A DNA stretch of 64,000 nt from NCBI GenBank assembly GCA_044226015.1, contig JBGAHS010000010.1:256001-320000 (forward strand). Reading direction: 5' to 3'. The DNA comes from Candidatus Obscuribacteraceae bacterium. GTDB taxonomy: Bacteria; Cyanobacteriota; Vampirovibrionia; Obscuribacterales; Obscuribacteraceae. Position numbers and translations under genes: made by a program. The notes beneath the pieces were generated by a model. The model was not told where the DNA came from. It did no database searches and saw nothing but the letters and a program-made list of their open reading frames with translations. This document shows positions 27,063-36,744 of the stretch, in pieces. Positions within the stretch are counted from its first letter, which is position 1. Each line of letters opens with the position of its first letter.

Positions 27063-27187
27063 CACCAGATGTGGTGGCTAGGTTGTGTCACCCTTCTCCG
27101 ATGAGCTGTGTGGTGCCCCGAGCTAGCGGAGTGGCTGCAGTCTGAAATGAGAACAGGCGGAACGGAGGACCCGAGCGCCATGTCGTG
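27063..27187 (+). ncRNA. Candidate small RNA with 6S-like architecture
   Basis: Closing stem 27068-27076/27176-27184, central bubble, inner stem CTCCG/CGGAG (27096-27100/27127-27131). TTGACA at 27024. Confidence 0.3.
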
Positions 27188-27192
27188 TACTC

Positions 27193-27376
27193 TGAATCCG
27201 GGTTGTGTGTGCGAATGGAGCTGCGTGATCTGTGCAAATGAATCCGGGTTGTGTGTGCGAATGGAGCTGCATGATCTGTGCAAATGAATCCGGGTTGTGT
27301 GTGCGAATGGAGCTGCGGGATCTGTGCAAATGAATCCGGGTTGTGTGTGCGATTGGAGCCGCGTGATCTGTGCAAA
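27193..27376. repeat. 46-bp tandem repeat x4, each unit made of two related 23-bp halves
   Basis: TGAATCCGGGTTGTGTGTGCGAA-TGGAGCTGCGTGATCTGTGCAAA starting at 27193, 27239, 27285 and 27331. Confidence 0.95.
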
Positions 27377-27399
27377 TGGAGCCGCGTAATGTGCTCCGT

Positions 27400-28719
27400 T
27401 CAGGCGGCAGCTTCAGTGGGTTCCTTAACCTCATGCGTTTCGCCCTCAAGGCGTTTGAATTCTTTGCTCAGTTGGGTAGCTGAGTAAAACCAGGCAGCTG
27501 CAACTACGATTCCTGCGCATAGCACGCCCATAGACCCCAGACCCAGAACCGTATTCACGATGAAGATCAGCACTCCTGCCAAGCCACGTGCAAATCGGTA
27601 AAAGAACATCTCGATTACCGGCTTTACTGAATAAAGCACTTCGCGAGGTGTGACAGTGTACATGAGTTCTTTTGCTGCTTTGAACCAGGCGTGCCTACAG
27701 CCCTCATCGAGGTGAAATACCACGATCAAAACTGCAGGATTCGGGACGAGCGCGTAAGTTATCAATCCTGCAAAGATGACGGTTGCATTCGAAGTTAGCG
27801 CAAAAACGCTCCCAAACTTTCGCAAGATTGCAGATACCAAAAACATCTCCACGAAGAACTCTACTATGGCTCGCCATCTTTCGAAATTCGCATCAAGAGT
27901 TGCGATTGCGTCACGTCCACTTGCAAGATTCTTTAGTACTTCATTGTAGAGAAATTGCACCAAATCTGGTGTCACTCGTTCGAAGGTAACCAGAAATGTC
28001 AGCAACAACAATAATTTGTTTGAGAAGATGGTTTTTAGAATGCCACTAAGATTGCTCATGTCAGCAGTTTTTATGTCTCTTGCAGCTTTTCGTTCTGTGG
28101 AGAGTCCTTGAGCTGTTTTCTCCAGAAGCAGGAAGATGATCAGTGTTACACCGACTAATCCTGCAGCAACCAACAGCATGTTCGGTGCGCCCAGTAAGTT
28201 AACGAGTGATGCAGTCAGCGTGCTACCCAAAACAGCCCCAAGTCCACCACCAGCTGCGAGAATACCAAAGAGTCGTCTTGCTCTATCTGAGTTGAAAACG
28301 TCGTTTGCGTACATCCAGAAGAGAGTCACTCCCATGATGGAGAACACATCTAGCCAAACCCAGAAAATGCCTGACGCTACAGGTGAAGGATGTTGAAAAA
28401 CCTGCCACCATATCAATAAATTGACACAGAAGAAGCCATAGACTGCGCTTATGAGCGTTTTCCTGGGCAGGTGGCTAAACTTTGAATAAAGCCAAACGAC
28501 AACTCCTGTTACCAGAGCTGTTCCAATATAAACCAGCGGCATCCATTCATTTCCCAGTCCGTCGAGAAACAATCCTCTACGAATGGGCCGCAAAACATAA
28601 TAAACGCAGATGAAAATAAATTGCCAGAGAAAGAGCATGACTGTGATTGCGCGCTCTTCCTTCTGTACGTTCATAAAAAGCTTAAGCGATTCGGCGAGAG
28701 AGGTTTCTGATTTTGCCAT
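27400..28719 (-). CDS. NTT/TLC-family (Npt1/Npt2-like) nucleotide transporter, MFS fold
   Basis: About 12 TM segments. YYVLRPIRRGLFL, FWMYANDVF..ARRLFG and AAKELMY..K..IEMFFYR resemble ATP/ADP translocase motifs. Confidence 0.8.
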   Translation of the reverse strand: MAKSETSLAESLKLFMNVQKEERAITVMLFLWQFIFICVYYVLRPIRRGLFLDGLGNEWMPLVYIGTALVTGVVVWLYSKFSHLPRKTLISAVYGFFCVNLLIWWQVFQHPSPVASGIFWVWLDVFSIMGVTLFWMYANDVFNSDRARRLFGILAAGGGLGAVLGSTLTASLVNLLGAPNMLLVAAGLVGVTLIIFLLLEKTAQGLSTERKAARDIKTADMSNLSGILKTIFSNKLLLLLTFLVTFERVTPDLVQFLYNEVLKNLASGRDAIATLDANFERWRAIVEFFVEMFLVSAILRKFGSVFALTSNATVIFAGLITYALVPNPAVLIVVFHLDEGCRHAWFKAAKELMYTVTPREVLYSVKPVIEMFFYRFARGLAGVLIFIVNTVLGLGSMGVLCAGIVVAAAWFYSATQLSKEFKRLEGETHEVKEPTEAAA

Positions 28720-28986
28720 TTATCACCGCTTAAGTTGCTTCATCTAGTTTCGCGCGCTGTATACGCCAAATCTTCTAGATTTAAGAAGGAAACCAAAAGC
28801 ACCAGGGAAAGTCAAGAGTCAACGTTTTAACACTCGAAGTTTGGCCATAGCGCCATTCAAAAGCAACTCGAAATCGTCCCGAAATCTGCATGTTAAGGGC
28901 TGATTAAGAAAAACTAGGATTAGCCTAATTCAGTTATTTTTACCGCTGATTCAAAAACGGACATCTCGATCTTCCGAAGCTCCTTC

Positions 28987-30834
28987 TTATTTTTCAGGCT
29001 TAGCTGCGACCTTTGAATGGTCGTCAATCCACGTTGTTAAAGCGTCAATAAGAAGTTTGGATGGCGTGAAAGTTTCGAACATAAGGTGCTCTGCTGTTCC
29101 GACAATCAACAAATTCTTGTCTTCACAGGGTATTGCCTCGAACAACTGTACTGTTCCTTCTGGCTTAACAAGCCGGTCTTTAAGACCCTGTACAACAAAC
29201 GTCGGGGTTTTCTTGATCAACTCACATTCTTTTTTGGTGGTTCTCATGAACACCGCAAATTTGATTAGCTCTTTCGGTGTCATTTCCATTTTTGCTTTTG
29301 CATCTTGCTTCCATTTATCAGATAGCGCTTGATTTGAAGTCGCTTGTTCGGTAATCATGTCGCCAACACGGAAGGGGCGATTTTTTCCTTGCAGTAAATG
29401 CGCCGCCACAGTGAAGCCCATTCTGCGTTGCTGAAATAATTCAGCAGAAGGCACCGAAGAAATCACGCCTGCTAACTGAGGTCCATATGCCGCAGCACCA
29501 CGCAGCGCGATAGCACCACCCATCGATTCACCAAGCAAGAAAACCGGAAGATTGGGCTCTCTTCTATGAATAACATTCAACATACTCTGAATGTCTTTTA
29601 TAGATTCGCTGAAATGAACGTCTTCCTGTCCTTGCGCGCTTTGCCAGGAACCGAAACCGCGCACATCCATAGCGTAGACGCTATAACCCTTTCCAGCCAT
29701 AGTCTTGCCGAAATCGGAGTATGCTCTGTTGTCCAGTCCGAGGCCATGTACGCAGAGAATTGCGGCTTTGGCGGAATCATCGGGACCCCAGTGAATCAAT
29801 GGTAGCGAGCGCATTCTGAATTCATTTGCAAGCCACAAATAATCTGCTGATGTCTCCGGATGAAACTCATTGATGTATTTTTCTTCAAAGGTCTCTCTTA
29901 GGAAACTGACCTCATCGTCTCCTCCCCTCTTTTGGAAGTTGGAAATCAGTTTCAGAAATTTCTCTAGCATTGGCAAAATCTCAGCAGCCATTTTCTCTCT
30001 GCTGGCATCATTGTTGGTATTTCGATAGATGTTCGCCATTTGAATGCGTGCCCAGAAGAGCGCTCCGAGTGCATCAAGGTCGTCATTTTGAGCTTGCTTT
30101 TCCGCTGCGGCTAGCAACTGCTTACCATACTCTTCTGCATTCTTATAATCTTTTGCGTAGACGTAAGAGCCAGTAATGGACTCTAAAAGCAACGGAACAA
30201 GAGGATCCGGCGGATTCGTCTTACTGATGATGTCGAGTGATTTCTTGTAGTACGAAATTGCTTCAGAACTCTTTCTCATGCCCCAATAGCAAGAGCCGAT
30301 GCGTCGCTGAAGCAGCGCTGAACTACGGGCGGTGGCACTAGTTCCACGCATTTTTTCGACTTCGAGCAGATTTGCTAATGCATTGGGGTACTGGTCTGCC
30401 TGGTATTGAATTGCCGCAAGAAGATAGAGCAATTCTGTACGCTCGCTTGCTTCAAGTTTTCCTTTGAGTGCGGTAGTGACAGTGTCCTTCGCTTCTGCAT
30501 ACTTACCGTCCATTACAAGAACATAGGCTCGCGATTGCACATCTCCAAAAGTATCCTGTGTTTTGGATTGCTTGTCTGAAGACTCCGTCGATGGCTTTCC
30601 GCTATCTGCTAGCGGTTTGTCATCCGCTGCGGTTTTTGCCATTTTAGCGAGAAGAACGTGTTCTTTCACCGAGCCGAAAGTATTGCCACTGTCTGCGGCA
30701 AGGCAGCTTGAATTAAGGCTCATGTTACACATTGACAGTAACAACGTTGAGAGCAAAACTCCTTTTGCCAGCTTAATTCTGGCGCTTGACTCTGTGTGAC
30801 TTTTATGTTGAGCCAATTTCAGCGGCATAATCAA
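28987..30834 (-). CDS. Exported TPR-repeat + alpha/beta hydrolase (monoacylglycerol lipase-like)
   Basis: Signal-like N-terminus and TPR helices, then VHGLG, MDVRGFG, GESMGG, QGLKDRLV and AEH. Confidence 0.85.
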   Translation of the reverse strand: MIMPLKLAQHKSHTESSARIKLAKGVLLSTLLLSMCNMSLNSSCLAADSGNTFGSVKEHVLLAKMAKTAADDKPLADSGKPSTESSDKQSKTQDTFGDVQSRAYVLVMDGKYAEAKDTVTTALKGKLEASERTELLYLLAAIQYQADQYPNALANLLEVEKMRGTSATARSSALLQRRIGSCYWGMRKSSEAISYYKKSLDIISKTNPPDPLVPLLLESITGSYVYAKDYKNAEEYGKQLLAAAEKQAQNDDLDALGALFWARIQMANIYRNTNNDASREKMAAEILPMLEKFLKLISNFQKRGGDDEVSFLRETFEEKYINEFHPETSADYLWLANEFRMRSLPLIHWGPDDSAKAAILCVHGLGLDNRAYSDFGKTMAGKGYSVYAMDVRGFGSWQSAQGQEDVHFSESIKDIQSMLNVIHRREPNLPVFLLGESMGGAIALRGAAAYGPQLAGVISSVPSAELFQQRRMGFTVAAHLLQGKNRPFRVGDMITEQATSNQALSDKWKQDAKAKMEMTPKELIKFAVFMRTTKKECELIKKTPTFVVQGLKDRLVKPEGTVQLFEAIPCEDKNLLIVGTAEHLMFETFTPSKLLIDALTTWIDDHSKVAAKPEK

Positions 30835-31090
30835 GTCCTTCTTCTCCGTCTGCTAACGTCCGAATTCTACCCCGTTTTGTTTGATGATTTTTCAAATTCT
30901 TCTCAATTCCGAGATTCTACTGCTTATGTATAGTCGATAATGGCTCTAAGTTTATGCAAAATATATAGGTTCTCGGCAAGTCGAGGGGCGTGTCACGCCG
31001 GATTCTCCTGTGATAGTTTTGCACAGCTCGCCACATCTAGAGGCACTTACATGATATGCTCTACTTCATCTTGCTTGAGGAGGTCATGTC

Positions 31091-32212
31091 ATGCATTGTG
31101 GCTGGAATTTCACGCTCAAATGCAATCATGTGAACGGCTTAAAAAAGAGTCTGCTGTTATCTTTGCTCTCGCTGCTGATGCTTTTAACGTCTGTGAGGGT
31201 CGATGCCGCTGAGAGCACGATGCCACCCAGTTATGTCGAAAATATTGTTCCTGAACTTGGACGTCTCTACGCTTACTCAGAGAAGGGGCAGTTTTCTACT
31301 GGCTCAGTGCTTCCGGTATACGAATGGATGCCCACCACTGGGCACCTGAAGGCAATTATATTGGGTATTCATGGGCTGACTCTTCATGGCAGACGTTACC
31401 GCATTCTTGCGCGCACATTCGCTGTCAATGGAATTGGGTTTGTGTCAATGGATATGCGCGGATTTGGTTCCTGCAAATTCGATGATTCTGGGCGGGAAAA
31501 GCCTAAAGATGATATGAGTTCGATAAACCACGAGAAGAGCTATCAGGACATAGCTCTTTTGATGAAGGCAATTAAGTCGCGTTATCCTCAGGTGCCTTTG
31601 ATCGTGTTGGGAGAGAGTCTGGGATGCACTTTCTGTATTCGTCTTGCTGGCGAATATCCAAGCTTGGTGAATGGTGTTGTTCTTTCAGCCCCAGCCGTCA
31701 GGGTAAATCCTAAAATGTATGCCTCTGAAAGCGACATCAAAGCCGGGTTGAAAGCACTGATTTCCAATCATCATCTAGTAAACTTAAACGGTTTCTTCCA
31801 TGACCTCGTTTCCCCGCGACCTCAAGTTGTGCAAGAGATGATTGAAGACCCATTTATCGTCAAAGCGCTGTCATTTCATGATCTGATTTCTACAGATGCG
31901 TTTGTTGATAAGACGGCTGAATGGGCTAGCACCACAGCATCTAATTTACCAATGCTTGTGATTCAAGGCAGCAATGATAAGTGTGTAGTGCCAAAGCATC
32001 TTACCGATATGATGATGAACATGAAATCTAACGACATGCGTATTGCCTGGAAAGGTACTTATGGTCATCTACAGCTGGAGACAATGTTCTTGCGAGCTAA
32101 TATTATGGATACCATTGGAATGTGGTTGGATGATCATAGCGTCGATGGTCGAGCAAAATTAGAACGTCTAGAGCAGAATATTTCCGATTTGGGAGGATCT
32201 CTGGTGCGTTAA
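31091..32212 (+). CDS. Exported alpha/beta hydrolase (lysophospholipase/monoacylglycerol lipase-like)
   Basis: IHGLT, MDMRGFG, GESLG, QGSNDKCV and GH, with a signal-like hydrophobic stretch. Confidence 0.85.
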   Translation: MHCGWNFTLKCNHVNGLKKSLLLSLLSLLMLLTSVRVDAAESTMPPSYVENIVPELGRLYAYSEKGQFSTGSVLPVYEWMPTTGHLKAIILGIHGLTLHGRRYRILARTFAVNGIGFVSMDMRGFGSCKFDDSGREKPKDDMSSINHEKSYQDIALLMKAIKSRYPQVPLIVLGESLGCTFCIRLAGEYPSLVNGVVLSAPAVRVNPKMYASESDIKAGLKALISNHHLVNLNGFFHDLVSPRPQVVQEMIEDPFIVKALSFHDLISTDAFVDKTAEWASTTASNLPMLVIQGSNDKCVVPKHLTDMMMNMKSNDMRIAWKGTYGHLQLETMFLRANIMDTIGMWLDDHSVDGRAKLERLEQNISDLGGSLVR

Positions 32213-32227
32213 AACATCAGAGCAGGT

Positions 32228-33157
32228 TTGGACGATACTAACGCGATAGACAATTCCAGAGCAGGCGAAAAGACTCGTCTCTACGTGGGTATATCCTACG
32301 CCATCTGTTGTATTGTCTGGGGAACAACCTGGTATGCCACCAGAGTTTCGGTTGAACCAGGTGATGGACTTCCGCCTATTTTTGCGGGTGCGTTTCGATT
32401 TCTGGTTGCGATTTTTTGCTATTTGCCAATTATTCTGATATACAGAAAAAGACTCACTGGCGTGAGCAAGCAAGAGTTTGCTTGGATCTGCCTTGCAGGT
32501 CTATTCAACGGTTGCTACCAGTGTTTTATCTATTCCGCTGAGTGCACCATATCTGGTGGTCTTGCGTCCGTGATAATGGCTACTGCACCTCTCATGGTGG
32601 CGGCCGTTGCATTTCTATTTCGGGTGGAAAAAGTAAGGCGCTTCACCATGATTGGTTTTTGCATTGCACTTGCTGGAGTCTCGCTGGTTTGTTTTGACCG
32701 TTTGAACAGCGCAAATGATCAATTCGCAGGAATTTGCTTGGCGCTTGCAGCAGCATTTTTCACCAGTCTCTCTAATGTGACGCTAAAGCGGCAGGGAACA
32801 AGCGTGCATCCTCTTAGTTCTGCGATGATATTTCTGGTTGCCACTGACATTCCGGTGTGGATAGCAAGCCTCCTGGCTGGTGAGCGCTGGAATCTTTTTC
32901 CCTTAAATGAGCATGCTGCACCGCTCTTTGCTATTTTGTACATGGCAATTTTGAGTTCCATTATTGCCTTCATGCTCTATCTCTACATGCTGCGCCATAT
33001 GAGTTTAATGGCGATTTCCACGCTGCAATTCGTTCTGCCAGTTTTTGCTCTTATAGTTGACATGTTTCTGGAAAAACGCGTGGTGTTGAGTCCTCAGGTG
33101 TGGATAGGCATTGTAGTTGTGATGATTGGCGTTGCGGTAAGCATGCGACGCCACTAA
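32228..33157 (+). CDS. EamA/DMT-family transporter
   Basis: About 10 TM segments in two repeats, with IVWGTTW and FRF motifs. Confidence 0.9.
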   Translation: MDDTNAIDNSRAGEKTRLYVGISYAICCIVWGTTWYATRVSVEPGDGLPPIFAGAFRFLVAIFCYLPIILIYRKRLTGVSKQEFAWICLAGLFNGCYQCFIYSAECTISGGLASVIMATAPLMVAAVAFLFRVEKVRRFTMIGFCIALAGVSLVCFDRLNSANDQFAGICLALAAAFFTSLSNVTLKRQGTSVHPLSSAMIFLVATDIPVWIASLLAGERWNLFPLNEHAAPLFAILYMAILSSIIAFMLYLYMLRHMSLMAISTLQFVLPVFALIVDMFLEKRVVLSPQVWIGIVVVMIGVAVSMRRH

Positions 33158-33269
33158 GCCATAAGCTCTTGATTCCATGCAGTTTCGAGCATTACGTTTA
33201 AATTGGCGAGGGCATTGAATCCTACGAATCAATGCCCTCTATTGAACACTTTCAATGGATAAAGAATCG

Positions 33270-33890
33270 TCAGTCCAAGCTTGCGGTTGGATTTCCACCG
33301 CCTGGGTTCATTAGGCCTGGGTCAGGGTGGTCTATGTTTCCACCACCTGGTTTGCCTGGTGAACCTGCTGGTCCTTGCTCGCCGAAGCCGGCCCCTATTG
33401 CAGCGATGGAAACAATCGGTTCGACAGCTTTAGCCTGGAAGTCAATCGTGCTTGGCAAAAACGGAAAAGGAACAGGCAGCTTCACCTGCATGGAGGTCAC
33501 AACTCCGACATCTCCCACGTTTGGAGGTGGAAGACTCGCTGGCCAGGACGAACCCTGACTGTCTGCGGTACCAGTTCCATTCCAGGAATATCCTGCCAGG
33601 AAAGAGCCCGTGCTTGGCTTTGCGATAAGTCCACTTTCTGCAAATGTGTTTGCGGTCTGCGTTGCAGCTGTGAACCCAGCTGCGGGGGTGCCTTCGTTAG
33701 TGCCTACATCTTTGGCACTAGCCGCCGCTCTGGCAACCGTTTTTGCCAGATTGTCGTTTGCAGTGTTTGCCATTACGAGAACCGCAATGTCAAACAGGAA
33801 TAGAGCAATCGGAACCATGAAAATGATTCCAGCTACAGTTTCGATTAGGGATTGTGCTTTTGTCGCTCTTCGGCTTGTAGATCTAGGCAT
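33270..33890 (-). CDS. TadE/pseudopilin-like protein
   Basis: Basic leader, then AQSLIE (G-Q-x-x-x-E-like processing site), a hydrophobic helix and ARAAA. Confidence 0.6.
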   Translation of the reverse strand: MPRSTSRRATKAQSLIETVAGIIFMVPIALFLFDIAVLVMANTANDNLAKTVARAAASAKDVGTNEGTPAAGFTAATQTANTFAESGLIAKPSTGSFLAGYSWNGTGTADSQGSSWPASLPPPNVGDVGVVTSMQVKLPVPFPFLPSTIDFQAKAVEPIVSIAAIGAGFGEQGPAGSPGKPGGGNIDHPDPGLMNPGGGNPTASLD

Positions 33891-33947
33891 AGTAATATTC
33901 CGGGAACGTGCCCTTAAGTTATGCCCATTAGACGTCTCATTTATGCG

Positions 33948-36608
33948 TCATTGCTGACTGTTAGTTTGCTGATTTAATGTTTTCCACTCTTTAGCTAGAG
34001 TCTCAGCTTCTGCCTGCCGATTTTGACCATTGAGAAGACGAACATATCCGAGGAACGGAGAGTTACCTAGTCCCTCTTTCAAGTTGGGGTCTTCTTTAAT
34101 CGCCGAGAAAATTTCCTTGTATGTGTTTTCTGCTGTCTGGGTATCTTTCTTTGCGCTTAAAACCTGAGCGAGCCGGTTTAAAGTTATTAGTTTTCCGAGG
34201 GTTGTCTTACCTTTATTATGTTCGTCGATTTTTTCTAGTGCGCTTCGTAGATTTGCTTCAGCGTCTCCGAGTTTTCCATTCTTTATATCTATGGCTGATT
34301 GAATTTGAAGAGTTTCTGGTTCCATGAGTTCGATGTTTGCTTGACTGAAACCTTTCGTCATCGCTTTGGCCCTATCGAGGTAGGCCTGAGCTAGGGCTGG
34401 ATTGCTCGAAGAATAATGTGCAGCGAGATATTTGAGTGCTTTCACTAATTCGGCATAGGGTTTGATTGTTTCCTCCTCAAATGTACCGAGGGCTTTCAAT
34501 GCGAGGTTTTCATCATCTGTGCTTTTTGCCAGTGCGAAATAGCTCATGGCTAGCATGCCTTTTACTTTGTCTGGCTCTCCGGGAGCTTTTGAAAGAATTT
34601 GAATCGCACTATTCAGCTGTTTCTTTGCGTCTGATTTCTTTCCTTCCATTGCATCCAGGCGAGCAAGTTGATATTTCACAGAGCCAAGCTCGTACGAGAA
34701 AGGTCCAAAGCACGCACGTTTGATCCTTCCCGCTTCCATCAACAATTCTCTTGCTTCGTCCAGATGGCGTCCGTCGGTCATGTAAACATTCGCCAAGCCT
34801 ACGAGAGTCTTTCCCTTTAGCTCATCGTTCGGAGTTATTGCTGTTTTAGCTTTGTCGAGAGCATTTTTGTAATGAGCGATGGCTTCTTCGAAGTGTCCCT
34901 GTGCCGATGCTATTTCGCCCTTATTGTGTAATGCACGAACCGATATTCTCGAGTTCGGAAGGCTTATCTTGCAGACTTCTCTTATTGCTTCAATTAGCTC
35001 TGTTGCTTTCTTAAAGTCTCCTGCAATCATTAGCGTGGTGGCAGAGTCCATTGAGTCATTCATTCTTTGCTCAAGTTGTTGCAGTTCTTTGCTATCTGTA
35101 GTTATTCTCTTCTTTTCTCTGGCTATTTCATTATTGATATCGGTAAGCAATTCCTTATCTGAAGCCTCTTCGCCAGTTGTGCTTTTCTTCAGTTCGGCGA
35201 CTATAGCCTCGGCTTCTTTTGTGTGTCCGAGAGCAAAATTTATGTCTTCAAGTTCTGCTTTTGAGGCGATAATAAAGTCCTTGTTGCCAAGCTTCGTTGC
35301 CATATCGAGGGCTTGCTGGAAAGTACTCAATGCTGCGGCCTTGTCGCCATGGTCGAATTGCTGTTGCCCTTTTCTATCAAGCTCTTTCCACGTGGCTTCA
35401 GACGCTATTATCGCCTGCGGTTTCTGTTGATATACCAGGTAAGCGATGCCACCGATGGTGATGGCAATTGTCGCTGCCACCAGAGGTAGCCGAGACATCA
35501 TTGGTTTCAGATTTCGAGACAGCTGTCTGAAATACCACTGCCTGATGAATGATTTGAGATAGGCAAGTGGTCCTTTCGCTGGCGCATCATAAATGTGCTC
35601 AAGATCGTCCTTCATTTCCTGCATAGTTTGATAGCGATCATTAGCATCTTTAGCTATGCTTCTGAAAATTATGGTTTCGAGCGAGTCTCTCAAAGGTTTG
35701 TCAGAAACGCTCTTGCCCAAGCCTGCCGGTGCCTCGTTCATCTGTTTGAAAATGAGTTCGTAAACGCTATTACCTGTGAATGGCGTTTTACCAACTAAGG
35801 CTTCGTAGAGCACGCATCCCAGTGAATAGATATCAGTCCGAGCGTCGAGGTTGAGACCCTGGCACTGCTCAGGGCTCATGTACATTGGCGTTCCAAAAAT
35901 CTGCCCTGTCTGCGTGAGTTTGGCTAGCTCGGTGTCCTCTGCCACCATTTGAGCTATTCCGAAGTCCACGACCTTTACAAAGTCCTCCACCCCATCTTGT
36001 TTTACGAGCATAATGTTGCTTGGCTTTATGTCGCGGTGAACAACGTTTCTGCTGTGGGCGTGACTCAGTCCGGCTGCCGCTTGCGTAATCAGCTTGATAG
36101 CTCGTTCGGGATTTAGCTTCGAATCTTCGCTAATTGCTTGCGCAAGAGTGATTCCCTCAATGAAGTCCATAACGATGTAAGGGTTGTCGTCTTTCGTTAT
36201 GCCGAATTCGTAGACTTTCACTACGTTCGGATGGTCTAATCGACTGGTTGCTTCTGCTTCACGTTGAAATCGTGCGAGTGATTCTTTATCGCTGGTCAAA
36301 TGAGGGTGAATCATTTTCAGCGCCAGAGTTTTGTTCAAAAGCATATGCTTTACTTTATAAACAGAGCTCATGCCACCACTGCCAACAAAGCTCAGTACCT
36401 GATATTTGTTGTCGATGAGTTCGCCTACGAGGTCTTGCTCTCTCTTGGCTTTAACTCTGCTGCCACCTTGAGTTACATTCAGATTGCTTTGCGTGCTGAG
36501 ACCACCGGTTGATTGAAGATGTTCAGGATTAGCTGCCACTATAGATGGTGACGACTCAGCTTCCTGAAAGTCAACTTTAAGTTGCTCTTTTTTCTTTGTC
36601 TCATCCAT
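33948..36608 (-). CDS. Membrane Ser/Thr protein kinase with TPR repeats
   Basis: GSGGMS, ALK, HRDIKPSN, DFG and GTPMYMSPEQ, then a TM helix and TPRs. Confidence 0.95.
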   Translation of the reverse strand: MDETKKKEQLKVDFQEAESSPSIVAANPEHLQSTGGLSTQSNLNVTQGGSRVKAKREQDLVGELIDNKYQVLSFVGSGGMSSVYKVKHMLLNKTLALKMIHPHLTSDKESLARFQREAEATSRLDHPNVVKVYEFGITKDDNPYIVMDFIEGITLAQAISEDSKLNPERAIKLITQAAAGLSHAHSRNVVHRDIKPSNIMLVKQDGVEDFVKVVDFGIAQMVAEDTELAKLTQTGQIFGTPMYMSPEQCQGLNLDARTDIYSLGCVLYEALVGKTPFTGNSVYELIFKQMNEAPAGLGKSVSDKPLRDSLETIIFRSIAKDANDRYQTMQEMKDDLEHIYDAPAKGPLAYLKSFIRQWYFRQLSRNLKPMMSRLPLVAATIAITIGGIAYLVYQQKPQAIIASEATWKELDRKGQQQFDHGDKAAALSTFQQALDMATKLGNKDFIIASKAELEDINFALGHTKEAEAIVAELKKSTTGEEASDKELLTDINNEIAREKKRITTDSKELQQLEQRMNDSMDSATTLMIAGDFKKATELIEAIREVCKISLPNSRISVRALHNKGEIASAQGHFEEAIAHYKNALDKAKTAITPNDELKGKTLVGLANVYMTDGRHLDEARELLMEAGRIKRACFGPFSYELGSVKYQLARLDAMEGKKSDAKKQLNSAIQILSKAPGEPDKVKGMLAMSYFALAKSTDDENLALKALGTFEEETIKPYAELVKALKYLAAHYSSSNPALAQAYLDRAKAMTKGFSQANIELMEPETLQIQSAIDIKNGKLGDAEANLRSALEKIDEHNKGKTTLGKLITLNRLAQVLSAKKDTQTAENTYKEIFSAIKEDPNLKEGLGNSPFLGYVRLLNGQNRQAEAETLAKEWKTLNQQTNSQQ

Positions 36609-36744
36609 GCCTGAATGACCCCTCAGTCACTGTTTTATACCCTGTTGGCAGATTAAACAGACTGGAAGCGTCATTACTTGTAATAGATTCCGACTGCCTG
36701 ATAAAACAAGCAGCCTTTCGGCACGTTATGTTCTGGCGAACTCT

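Noticed and set aside
27193..27376. Possible CRISPR array
   Set aside because: The units are contiguous near-identical copies with no unique spacers, and there are no cas genes in the window.
27062..27487. Four short overlapping ORFs with repeated peptides
   Set aside because: They arise from reading the 46-bp repeat in several frames and lack RBS support.
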